Below are positions 17,543 to 25,936 of a stretch of DNA of 25,936 bases, in pieces. The stretch is from Fidelibacterota bacterium (GTDB lineage: Bacteria > Fidelibacterota > Marinisomatia > Marinisomatales > UBA2128). Where the stretch lies: NCBI GenBank assembly GCA_046861645.1, contig JBHHUM010000029.1, positions 1 to 25,936 on the forward strand, written 5' to 3'. The notes beneath the pieces were generated by a model, which saw nothing but the letters and a program-made list of their open reading frames with translations, was not told the DNA's origin and searched no databases. The stretch's first letter is position 1. Every line of letters starts with the position of its first letter. Position numbers and translations under genes: made by a program.

Positions 17543-19666
17543 GTGGACCGAATCAATAACATACTTGTCGCTATTTTCACCGCAACTCTTCAGTTCCTAT
17601 TGGCAGAGTCCTACAACTGGCCCTGTGTACCCTTTGACGAGCAACATGGGATTAATGGCACCTTTTGCGAGAATCGCTCCGGATCATCAGGGTCCATTGA
17701 CCACTTCCATGACGGCGTGGATATCCACCTTTCGGTTGGTGGGCAGGTGTACTCGGTCATTAACGGTACCGTGACCAGCATCGGTTGGCCGGGAGATTAT
17801 GGGATAAATTCCTGGGTACGAGTGGGACGTTACGCTTATGTCCATGTAAATCCCGTAGCTGGACTTTCAGTAGGTGATCCGGTGATAGCTTTCGAAACTG
17901 TACTTGGGTCAACCAACTCCTGGAATCATATTCACTTCAAAGATGGTTATCCCGATTCAGAAATTAACGCCCTGCGAACAGAAGGGGGACTAGATCCATT
18001 CCAGGATCTCCACGACCCTGCCATCATGGATATTCGTTTCTACATGGACGAATCAACCACCCAATTCTCTAATAATCGTGTCTATGGCCTGGTTGACATC
18101 ATTAGCCGTGCTGCAGATATAACTGATACAGGGCCCTACGGTGGGAATAACGGAATCTATAAAATTGGTTTTGACATTATAGATCAAAACGATAGCATTG
18201 TAGCCGGTCCACGTCTCCCCTTCCAGTTTGATGAAATTCCTGCCAGTGATTCCTATGTACACAATGTCTTTCATGATGGCTCTACAACCAGCATATACCA
18301 CTACATTGTCTCCAATCACCTCACCTATAATGGCTCGGTGGACGTCTCCGATTGGGAACAAGGCTTTTACACTGCCCGGGTCTACACTTGGGATACCATG
18401 AACAATACCGACACTCTAACAGCAGAATTTGAAGTAACGGAACAGGACAATTCAGCACCGGAACCACCAATTCTCCTTTCTGTCCTCGGCGAAGATAACG
18501 GATTCCGTATCCGTTGGTTACCCAACTCTGAAGAAGACCTGGCAGGTTACCGCCTCTACTTCAGTTTTGATATGGAAACCTGGACCAGCAATCATGACGA
18601 AACAATTTTAACTGACACCACCACTAAACTAGTAGTAGCATCCTTTCCCCAGGATATGGCTATCTATTTTAAATTGACAGCAGTGGACAATGCCCCCTTT
18701 CCTAATGAGAGCGATCCATCGGATATTTATGGGCTCAGGTTAGGCAATCCAAATGAACAATTCGTCATCATTGATGCATTTGATAATGAAAATAGCGTCT
18801 GGCAGGAATCTTCACACCCTTTTGTGGCCTTAATCGGTAACAACCTTGACAGAATAAATATTCCTTTTTCTACAGTGAATGATGAATTATTTGACATGGA
18901 TACCACTTACACCTTACCTCCTGGTAAAATTATCTATTCTCTCGATGATTTCAATCCTCTACCTATAAGTCTCTTGCAAAGACTCAGGGAGAATCTTTCT
19001 GGTACATGGCTTACAGGTGGCGGTCTTTTACAGGGTCTTAGTTCTGATTCACTGGGTTCGCTGTACTTAGAGGAACTGGCCATAACTCTCGGATCACTGG
19101 AGCCTACTCCGGCAGAAATAACTGGAATGGGAGGACGTACTTTTACCTTGGACACCTCTTGGTATATTCTTGATTCCCTATATACGATTAGCATTGATCC
19201 TTTTGTTGGTTCCACTATTTTAGAAGATAACGAAGGTCGCTCTTTTGGCGTACAGGCTTATCAGTTTCTATTTACAGTTCCTCCTCCAGAGATGTTATTC
19301 GGTCCTGAACCAGATGAAGATCTATTAGAGGAAATTGTCTGGTTACTCCTGGGAGATTTACAAGTTGGAACACCATCTTCTCTTCCTGAAAGCTTTGCCA
19401 TAAATGCCTATCCCAATCCTTTCAATCCACTTACCACCATACGCCTTGATCTACCGGTTGAGGGCCGACTCACGATGACGATCTACGACATCCTTGGGCA
19501 TGAGGTTGAAGAAATAGTGAGTAGCAAAATAGTGAATGGTGAACAAGAAGTTATGTGGCAAAGGGGTGGAAATGCCAGTGGAGTGTATATCTTGAAAGCC
19601 GATTTTACCCCCTTGGGCAGCAGAGAAACATTTCATCTAACAAGAAAAATAGCACTGTTGAAATGA
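17543..19666 (+). CDS. M23-like metallopeptidase with Ig-like/FN3 modules and T9SS type-A C-terminal domain
   Basis: Signal peptide; YNWP...GTFCENR...HFHDGVDIH (HxxxD), YAYVHV and WNHIHF (HxH) zinc motifs; FN3 IRWLPNSEEDLAGYRLYFS...YFKLTAVD; CTD NAYPNPFNPLTTI...IYDILG...ASGVYIL...RKIALLK. Confidence 0.8.
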   Translation: MDRINNILVAIFTATLQFLLAESYNWPCVPFDEQHGINGTFCENRSGSSGSIDHFHDGVDIHLSVGGQVYSVINGTVTSIGWPGDYGINSWVRVGRYAYVHVNPVAGLSVGDPVIAFETVLGSTNSWNHIHFKDGYPDSEINALRTEGGLDPFQDLHDPAIMDIRFYMDESTTQFSNNRVYGLVDIISRAADITDTGPYGGNNGIYKIGFDIIDQNDSIVAGPRLPFQFDEIPASDSYVHNVFHDGSTTSIYHYIVSNHLTYNGSVDVSDWEQGFYTARVYTWDTMNNTDTLTAEFEVTEQDNSAPEPPILLSVLGEDNGFRIRWLPNSEEDLAGYRLYFSFDMETWTSNHDETILTDTTTKLVVASFPQDMAIYFKLTAVDNAPFPNESDPSDIYGLRLGNPNEQFVIIDAFDNENSVWQESSHPFVALIGNNLDRINIPFSTVNDELFDMDTTYTLPPGKIIYSLDDFNPLPISLLQRLRENLSGTWLTGGGLLQGLSSDSLGSLYLEELAITLGSLEPTPAEITGMGGRTFTLDTSWYILDSLYTISIDPFVGSTILEDNEGRSFGVQAYQFLFTVPPPEMLFGPEPDEDLLEEIVWLLLGDLQVGTPSSLPESFAINAYPNPFNPLTTIRLDLPVEGRLTMTIYDILGHEVEEIVSSKIVNGEQEVMWQRGGNASGVYILKADFTPLGSRETFHLTRKIALLK

Positions 19667-21102
19667 AATATAAGAAATTTATCTTCCTTTGGTTCACTTA
19701 TCTATTATTCTTTACAAGATGTATTCCTATCCATCCGGTGGTTACTGAAACAGGTCAATTCAAATATGTAAAGGAGATTAACCGAGTCATACGTGATTCC
19801 GGATTGAAAGCTAACATGGGGATTAAAGTAGTTTCCCTACAGTCAGGTAAAACCCTTTATGAATTAAACTCAGAACGGCTTTTCACACCTGCCAGTAATA
19901 ATAAACTCTATACCGGTTTGGGAGCTCTTATGCTACTGGGTAAAGACTTTACTTTCGAAACATCTGTTTATCTTAACGGTTCGACCCTGATTTTAAAAGG
20001 TGGCGGTGATCCTGATCTAACTCTCGAACAACTCGATTCTCTGGCAAACACAGTAGCCAGTTATGTCGAGGGAGTGGACGTACTCCTTCTTGATGATACC
20101 CTTTTAGATTCCGTCCCTTTCGGAACAGGATGGATGTGGGATGAAGGACCCTGGTGGTATGCGGCTCAGATCAGTGCACTGACAGTTAACGATAATGTTG
20201 TAGACTTTATTATTGCACCTGGAACTATCGCTAAACCAGTAGAAGTAACCTTATCTCCTCAGACAGATTATATCTTAGTACAAAATAATTCCATGACTGT
20301 CCAAGATACCACTGGACTCCAAGAATTAAAGATTGAGAGAGATTGGTTTCATGAAACCAACAATTTCCTGATCTCCGGTAACCTGTTGGTAACTTCCCCC
20401 GTAGATACTTTCTATAGAAACATCGAGGATCCGACCTTATTTGCCGGTACAGTATTCAGAGAAATGTTGGAAGCTCATAAGGTACGGGTTGGAATAATAA
20501 AAAAAGGTTCCTTGCCAGATAATTCCAAACTCCTAACCAGCCACAAGTCCGCCCCTCTGTTGGAAGCAGTGACTAATCTGTTAAAAAAGAGTGATAACCT
20601 GTCTGCCGAACTATTGATAAAAGTCATCGGCCACGAATCCAGTGGGACTCAAGGCACTTGGCAGAATGGACTACAAGCTATCAAGACTTTTCTCTATAAT
20701 GAAATAGAGATCGACACAGCCGGTCTTTATCTGGCTGATGGTTCCGGCGTTTCCCGATACAATTTGACCACTCCGACACAGTTAGTTAAACTCCTGACTT
20801 TCGCTTTTTCAAGAGAGGACTTTAGAGAATCATTCCTGACCTCACTGCCAATTGGAGGTTGGGATGGAACTCTTAAGAAGCGGATGAAGAACTCCTCAGC
20901 AGGGAATCGCATTCACGCTAAAACAGGTACATTAGAGGGAGTGAGTTGTTTGTCAGGCTATGCTTTTACAAAGAATAATGAACCACTTGCTTTTTCCATC
21001 ATGATGAACGGTTACGTGGGTAGTGCCAGCCCATATCGGAAACTTCAAGACGATATCTGCAGGATATTAGTAGATAAGTCGCATCTTTATTCATTTCCCT
21101 AA
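19663..21102 (+). CDS. dacB: D-alanyl-D-alanine carboxypeptidase/endopeptidase, PBP4 type (peptidase S13)
   Basis: FTPASNNK (SxxK), KGGGDP, GWMWD, KSDNLSAE (SxN), DGSGVSRYN, AKTGTL (KTG). Start reassigned from 19555 to the ATG at 19663, which makes an ATGA overlap with the upstream stop and gives an N-terminal export signal MKYKKFIFLWFTYLLFFTRC. Confidence 0.95.
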   Translation: MKYKKFIFLWFTYLLFFTRCIPIHPVVTETGQFKYVKEINRVIRDSGLKANMGIKVVSLQSGKTLYELNSERLFTPASNNKLYTGLGALMLLGKDFTFETSVYLNGSTLILKGGGDPDLTLEQLDSLANTVASYVEGVDVLLLDDTLLDSVPFGTGWMWDEGPWWYAAQISALTVNDNVVDFIIAPGTIAKPVEVTLSPQTDYILVQNNSMTVQDTTGLQELKIERDWFHETNNFLISGNLLVTSPVDTFYRNIEDPTLFAGTVFREMLEAHKVRVGIIKKGSLPDNSKLLTSHKSAPLLEAVTNLLKKSDNLSAELLIKVIGHESSGTQGTWQNGLQAIKTFLYNEIEIDTAGLYLADGSGVSRYNLTTPTQLVKLLTFAFSREDFRESFLTSLPIGGWDGTLKKRMKNSSAGNRIHAKTGTLEGVSCLSGYAFTKNNEPLAFSIMMNGYVGSASPYRKLQDDICRILVDKSHLYSFP

Positions 21103-21259
21103 TGGTTTTAATCTCGTAATATTAGTACAGATGAATAGGAAAAACGTATGCTTCAGAATTCTTTCTTCCTACTTAAGGATTTTTTATATACTGATTATAT
21201 CTCAGAGCCAGGCATTTACCTGGAACTGTACATTCCTGGCAACGAGACAACTAACGTGG

Positions 21260-21287
21260 TTGCAAATCGACAATCGGCAGGTATCTT
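21260..21287 (+). promoter_or_regulatory. Candidate sigma70-like promoter for the ldcA-like gene (possibly leaderless)
   Basis: TTGCAA (21260-21265) - 16 nt - TATCTT (21282-21287) - 5 nt - TTG start at 21293; no well-placed Shine-Dalgarno. Confidence 0.35.
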
Positions 21288-21292
21288 AATTA

Positions 21293-22237
21293 TTGAAATG
21301 GGATAAAATAACTAAGCCTCCTCGTCTTCCCAGTGGAGGTACAATTGGAATTGCTTCCCCGGCAAGGTGGACGAGTGAGGATAAGCTCGAAACTGCTGCT
21401 CAAGTCTTGACTGATGCAGGATACGGGGTAAAGTTCGGTTCAGCCTGTCATCTTCGGGAGGACCAGTACGCCGGCTCAACTAAAGAGCGTATCCGCGAAC
21501 TGGAGGAGCTGTTTGCCGATCCCGAAGTCGATGCCATTATCTGTGCCAGGGGCGGATACGGTTCAATTCGCGTTACTGATGGACTCAATTACTCGATTAT
21601 TCGAGACAATCCTAAGATTTTCGTCGGCTTTAGCGATATCACTGCCCTCCACTGCGCTATACAGAAAGAGTGCGGACTCACTACTTTCCACGGTCCCATG
21701 CTGTGGAACTTCGAGGAGTCCACTGACATATTCACGCTCAATAATCTGTTATCCATACTGAGTGGTGATAATCCTACCAAACTGGAGGTTCCCAAGTGTC
21801 TTCAGCTTACTGTCTTGCGAACAGGACAAGCAGATGGTCCTCTCTTTGGTGGGAACCTGACCCTTTTGAACAAGATGATTGGTACCCGCTGGGATTTTGA
21901 CACTGAAGGGACAATTCTATTCGTGGAAGACGTGGATGAGAAATTCTACCGCATAGACCGGGATCTGCTGCACCTGAAGCGAGCCGGAAAGCTCGACAGG
22001 GTCGCCGGACTCATTGTGGGTAAAATGATGAATATCGAGGACGAAGAGATTCCGTTTGGCAAGTCAATAGATGAGATTGTGCTTGACGTGTGCGGAGATG
22101 GAGACTATCCCATTATATCAAATTTCCCCTGCGGTCACGACCGCCACTTGGCTACACTGCCGCTGAGAATCCCGGCTCGCCTTGAGGCGGATGTTAGTAG
22201 TGTTTCGTTCCGGCTCCTCGAGCCAGCGGTAAGTTGA
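21293..22237 (+). CDS. ldcA: LD-carboxypeptidase / muramoyltetrapeptide carboxypeptidase (peptidase S66), cytoplasmic
   Basis: TIGIASPA, AIICARGGYG, FVGFSDIT (catalytic Ser), TFHGPM, GGNL, ILFVEDVDE (Glu), FPCGH (His); no signal peptide; TTG start. Confidence 0.9.
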   Translation: MKWDKITKPPRLPSGGTIGIASPARWTSEDKLETAAQVLTDAGYGVKFGSACHLREDQYAGSTKERIRELEELFADPEVDAIICARGGYGSIRVTDGLNYSIIRDNPKIFVGFSDITALHCAIQKECGLTTFHGPMLWNFEESTDIFTLNNLLSILSGDNPTKLEVPKCLQLTVLRTGQADGPLFGGNLTLLNKMIGTRWDFDTEGTILFVEDVDEKFYRIDRDLLHLKRAGKLDRVAGLIVGKMMNIEDEEIPFGKSIDEIVLDVCGDGDYPIISNFPCGHDRHLATLPLRIPARLEADVSSVSFRLLEPAVS

Positions 22238-24607
22238 CTATTCCGCCAGTAAGAACTGGTGGGAATAAGGCGGTATCTGCAAGATCAGATTACCCTGACG
22301 CACCCGCAGCCCCTCCCCCGTCAATAAATCATTCATATGTTTAATCTGGATAGGGAGTTTTACCTCCACCTCCCGGACGGCATCGCTCTGATTAAACGCC
22401 ACTAAAATTGTCTCATCAAAGTATATCTTGGCAAAAACCATTACCGGACCCTCGGTAGCTAAAGGAACGAGATCTCCCACTGAAAGAGAAGGATACTTTT
22501 GCCGGAGTGCACAAAGGCGGGAGGTTTCTTGCAGGAGCCATTGCTCATCTCCTGACAGATCCGGTGCGAACCGCATGGGTCGTCGGTTGTCTGGGTCCCC
22601 TGCACCCATCAGACCCACTTCATCTCCATAGTAGATGACCGGAATTCCCGGTAAAGCCAGATTAAAGGCGGTGAAGTTCGCCAGTTTCCGATAGCTTTCT
22701 GGATACCGGGTCTTCTCGGGAGGATCACTAAAGGCTCGCTCAGTCCCATTCTCATCGAATCGAAGCTGGCCATCGGCAAAAGCCATAAACCGCACCTGGT
22801 CGTGGCTGGAAGTGATGTTTCCCATGAGGTTGACTTGACCGTAGACAGCGGCGTTGTCCAGCAGTACCTGACTCAGGTGAGAGAAGTCAGCCTCATCAGC
22901 TCTGAAGACACCCCTCGCATTAAAGTAGATAGCAAAGTTAAACTGGGCATCAAGCTCCCCGGGGTTGACATAGCTCAGGATCAGTTCATCGGAGCCGAAG
23001 GTCTCACCGATCTGGTAGAAATTCCGGTCAGGAAAATCTTGTCTCATCCGTGCTGTCAACTGCCTCCAGAAAGAATGGGGAACATGCTTCACGGCATCCT
23101 GGCGAAAGCCGTCCAGCTTAAATGTCTCCAGCCACCAGAGGGCATCATCCACGACCTGATCAATAGCTTCCGGCGAGTGCACGAAGTCGTATGACGGGAG
23201 GAACGAATCGAACCATGTTGTCAGCCGTGTCTCCTCGCTCCAGTTGCGGATGTTGACTTCACCCCCCGGCAAATACATGGAGCCGAACCAGTCCGGGTGA
23301 TTCCGAAAATATGGGTGATCCTCGTGAACGTGATTGGAAACAAAATCGAGAAGGACACGAATACCCTGTTCATGAGCAATATTGACCAGTTCCTTCAACT
23401 CCTGTTTTGTACCGAAACGTGAATCCACCTCCCTCGGATCTACCGGCCAGTAACCGTGGTAGCCTGTGAATTTTCTGTTAGGCGGAATCCACTCCACATA
23501 CCCCTTCTCCGGAAGTTTTCCCACAGGTGATAACCAGAGAGCATTCACACCCAGGTCAGTAAAATAGCCGCTCTTCAGCTTGTCAATAATCCCCGACAGA
23601 TCGCCGCCGTGGAAATCCGCCAGTGGATGAATCTGAGGGTCTCCGCTTGCCTGCGTGTTAGCAGAATCGCTATCCAGGAAGCGATCCACCATTAGACTGT
23701 ATAGAATGGAAAAGTGCCAATCCTCCGGTTGATCATCAGGATGAAGCGGCTTCCCGTTATGTAAGATTGTATGGTTTTCCGGTATCACTCTCCCCTTCTC
23801 ATCCAGACCAGTGATTCTCAGTAACCCGTCCATGTCTCTCACTTTCACTGATAATTGACCACTCTTCCGCCATCTGATGAGCTTCTCAGGTACGACTTGA
23901 TTGTCCAAAAGGACGACAATGTTTGCCGGTTCGGCTTCATCTTCAGGTGGAATAAAATGGTAGTGAAGTCTACTTGGTCCAGCCCGATCTTTAATAAACC
24001 GTCCCGCTGGCGCTTCTCGATAGTGTGAGAGATCAAGAATTGAATTCCAGCCGCCGATATTATTGGAGATAAACACCGAGTTATCAGGATCAATAAGCTC
24101 TTCACCGTTCACAACAAATTTATACTCGTGCCGCTCCGGCTTCAGGTAAACCGTCCGCTCTAAAACCCCATCCCCGTCAGAATCACTCAGCGGCAAAGCA
24201 GAACGGGACCAGTCGTTGAAACCGCCCATGACCACCACATAGTCATTAGAATGCTGTGGACTAAAAGTAAAGGTGTGACGAACCATAGGTTCCAAGCGAA
24301 TGAGCAGATGAAACGTATCACTCCCGGATAAAACTGGCAGCAGGTTCAGCCGGGGGGCTTCATCTGTCGCTCTCAGAAACAGACTGTCTGTATCGTGATG
24401 ATAGCTGACTTCAAATCCAGCTTGGGGGAGAATGGAAACTTCCTGCTCCTGAGTTACCTTGTATACGGAAAGATCAACGCCCTTTTCTTTCCCAGTCTGG
24501 AGAATGACAGTTGGAATTTGATAAAGTTGCTCTGCCTCAAGGGGGAGCAGTAATATTATCAAAAGCACGAAAAGGAGACTTGTTTTTGCTATATTTTGTT
24601 TCCGCAT
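22238..24607 (-). CDS. Exported GH13 alpha-amylase-family enzyme with N-terminal CBM48/AMPK-beta-like module
   Basis: GH13 regions DFVSNH, DGFRQDAVKHV, IGETFG, SSHD, plus GGDLSGI, GYHGYW and PGIPVIYYGDE. CBM-like VVVMGGFNDW...EYKFVVNG...DPDN. Start placed at ATG 24607 (MRKQNIAKTSLLFVLLIILLLPLEA signal) because 24694 would overlap the divergent gene. Confidence 0.92.
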   Translation of the reverse strand: MRKQNIAKTSLLFVLLIILLLPLEAEQLYQIPTVILQTGKEKGVDLSVYKVTQEQEVSILPQAGFEVSYHHDTDSLFLRATDEAPRLNLLPVLSGSDTFHLLIRLEPMVRHTFTFSPQHSNDYVVVMGGFNDWSRSALPLSDSDGDGVLERTVYLKPERHEYKFVVNGEELIDPDNSVFISNNIGGWNSILDLSHYREAPAGRFIKDRAGPSRLHYHFIPPEDEAEPANIVVLLDNQVVPEKLIRWRKSGQLSVKVRDMDGLLRITGLDEKGRVIPENHTILHNGKPLHPDDQPEDWHFSILYSLMVDRFLDSDSANTQASGDPQIHPLADFHGGDLSGIIDKLKSGYFTDLGVNALWLSPVGKLPEKGYVEWIPPNRKFTGYHGYWPVDPREVDSRFGTKQELKELVNIAHEQGIRVLLDFVSNHVHEDHPYFRNHPDWFGSMYLPGGEVNIRNWSEETRLTTWFDSFLPSYDFVHSPEAIDQVVDDALWWLETFKLDGFRQDAVKHVPHSFWRQLTARMRQDFPDRNFYQIGETFGSDELILSYVNPGELDAQFNFAIYFNARGVFRADEADFSHLSQVLLDNAAVYGQVNLMGNITSSHDQVRFMAFADGQLRFDENGTERAFSDPPEKTRYPESYRKLANFTAFNLALPGIPVIYYGDEVGLMGAGDPDNRRPMRFAPDLSGDEQWLLQETSRLCALRQKYPSLSVGDLVPLATEGPVMVFAKIYFDETILVAFNQSDAVREVEVKLPIQIKHMNDLLTGEGLRVRQGNLILQIPPYSHQFLLAE

Positions 24608-24668
24608 CAAGCGGTAATTTAGGCATCTGAGAAACGTCAGGAACATAAAAAGTGGGGACACAGGATAA

Positions 24669-25936
24669 ATGGAGAAAATACTCATCGCACTCATGCTGGC
24701 TCTGACTCTTGCAGTAGGCCAAGAACTAAATAGTGCTGCAACCAGTTCGACTCATCATCCCGAGTGGAGCAGGAACGTTGCTATCTACGAAGTTAACCTC
24801 CGCCAGTATTCTTCCGGCGGGACATTCCGGGAATTCGAAGAACACCTCCCAAGATTGAAGGAAATGGGTATCGGCATCCTCTGGTTCATGCCCATCCACC
24901 CCATCGGCAAGGTCAACCGCAAGGGAACCCTCGGCAGCTATTACTCAGTGCAGGATTATAAAGCTGTCAACCCTCGATACGGAACGCTGGACGAGTTCAA
25001 AGCGCTGGTCCGAAAGATTCACGATATGGACATGTACGTGATCATTGACTGGGTAGCAAACCATACAGCATGGGATAACAAGATGACTGAAGATCATCCG
25101 GAATGGTTCACTCAAAACAAGGATGGTAACTTCCAGCCACCGGTTCCCGATTGGCATGATGTGATTGATCTCAACTACGATAACCGGGAGCTGTGGCAAT
25201 ACATGGCTGACGCCATGAAGTTCTGGCTGATAGAAGCTGGCATTGACGGTTTCCGCTGTGACGTGGCTGAGATGGTGCCGCCGAAGTTCTGGGAAGAGTC
25301 TATCCCACAGCTCAGGGATGTGAAACCAATATTTATGTTAGCAGAAGGCGCCGTACCAGAGCTCCATGAAATCGGCTTCGACATGACCTACAACTGGGAC
25401 CTCTACTACCTTATGAACGATATCGCCCAGGGTAGACGTAACGCTGCTGATCTAAATGCTTTTTTCATAAAAGAATTAAGTCAATACAAACCAGATGATT
25501 ACCGCATGTTATTCACTTCTAACCATGACGAGAATTCGTGGAACGGCACCGTATTCGAGCGGCTGGGAGAAAGCGCCGGGACCTTTGCTGTCCTTACCAT
25601 GACGCTGCCGGGGATGCCATTGGTCTACAACGGCCAGGAGTCAGGAATGAATAAACGGCTGTCATTCTTCGAGAAGGACGAAATTGAGTGGCAAGACCAC
25701 CCATTCGCTGAAATCTACAAAACGCTCCTTAATCTGAAGAAAGAGAATCCAGCCCTCTGGAACGGCACGGCTGGAGGTAGTTTTTCCCCGATCCCCACTA
25801 CAAATGAAAAGCATGTATTTGCCTTCTACCGGCAGAAAGGCGAGGCGGAGGTCGTGGTCATACTGAACCTTTCCTCTAAAGAACAGTGGATTAGTTTAAG
25901 TGACGGGGAAGTGAATGGGGAATACCGGAATATCTT
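24669..25936 (+). CDS. Exported GH13 alpha-amylase-family enzyme, 3'-truncated by the window end (not in the ORF track)
   Basis: Manual translation from ATG 24669 (AGGA upstream): MEKILIALMLALTLAVGQ...HPEWSRNVAIYEVNLRQY...ILWFMPIHPIG...GSYYSVQDY...IDWVANH...GIDGFRCDVAEMVP...FMLAEG...FTSNHDENSW...PGMPLVYNGQE. No stop before 25936. Confidence 0.93.
   Translation, partial: MEKILIALMLALTLAVGQELNSAATSSTHHPEWSRNVAIYEVNLRQYSSGGTFREFEEHLPRLKEMGIGILWFMPIHPIGKVNRKGTLGSYYSVQDYKAVNPRYGTLDEFKALVRKIHDMDMYVIIDWVANHTAWDNKMTEDHPEWFTQNKDGNFQPPVPDWHDVIDLNYDNRELWQYMADAMKFWLIEAGIDGFRCDVAEMVPPKFWEESIPQLRDVKPIFMLAEGAVPELHEIGFDMTYNWDLYYLMNDIAQGRRNAADLNAFFIKELSQYKPDDYRMLFTSNHDENSWNGTVFERLGESAGTFAVLTMTLPGMPLVYNGQESGMNKRLSFFEKDEIEWQDHPFAEIYKTLLNLKKENPALWNGTAGGSFSPIPTTNEKHVFAFYRQKGEAEVVVILNLSSKEQWISLSDGEVNGEYRNI

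Noticed and set aside
19555..19662. 36-aa N-terminal extension of dacB
   Set aside because: It overlaps the M23 gene's CTD coding region; ATG 19663 gives an ATGA overlap and a proper export signal.
21207..21240. GCCAGG/CCTGGC inverted repeat as a riboswitch or terminator
   Set aside because: Only a 6-bp stem, no U-tract and no recognisable riboswitch consensus.
21293..22237. MccF microcin-immunity annotation
   Set aside because: Same S66 family, but there are no microcin genes nearby and the neighbouring PG peptidases favour LD-carboxypeptidase; not formally excluded.
24608..24694. Longer start for the minus-strand GH13
   Set aside because: It would overlap the divergent GH13 start at 24669; the signal peptide begins at 24607.

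Overview
Bacterial DNA, most likely from an FCB-group or allied lineage outside the classical Bacteroidetes PUL mould. This is inferred from YPNPFNP-type T9SS tails, PorV/PorQ-family barrels and CarboxypepD_reg-TBDRs without SusD. Bases 1-21102 are a tightly packed + strand block. It holds the tail of an FG-GAP/T9SS-CTD protein, then two paralogous three-gene cassettes (TonB-dependent receptor + ~1100-aa acidic secreted protein with FN3 and a VVPNPY-type C-terminal tail + PorV/PorQ-family barrel) that bracket an spmA/spmB membrane pair. An unknown exported protein, an M23-like peptidase with a T9SS tail and a PBP4-type DD-peptidase (dacB) follow. An LD-carboxypeptidase (ldcA-like) comes next, then two divergent exported GH13 enzymes; the second is absent from the supplied ORF track because it runs off the window. 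The main hypothesis is a SusD-independent, PUL-like uptake system, possibly for peptidoglycan/muropeptide scavenging. No rRNA, tRNA, CRISPR, mobile element or transcription regulator was seen. All family calls come from motif recognition, not database searches.
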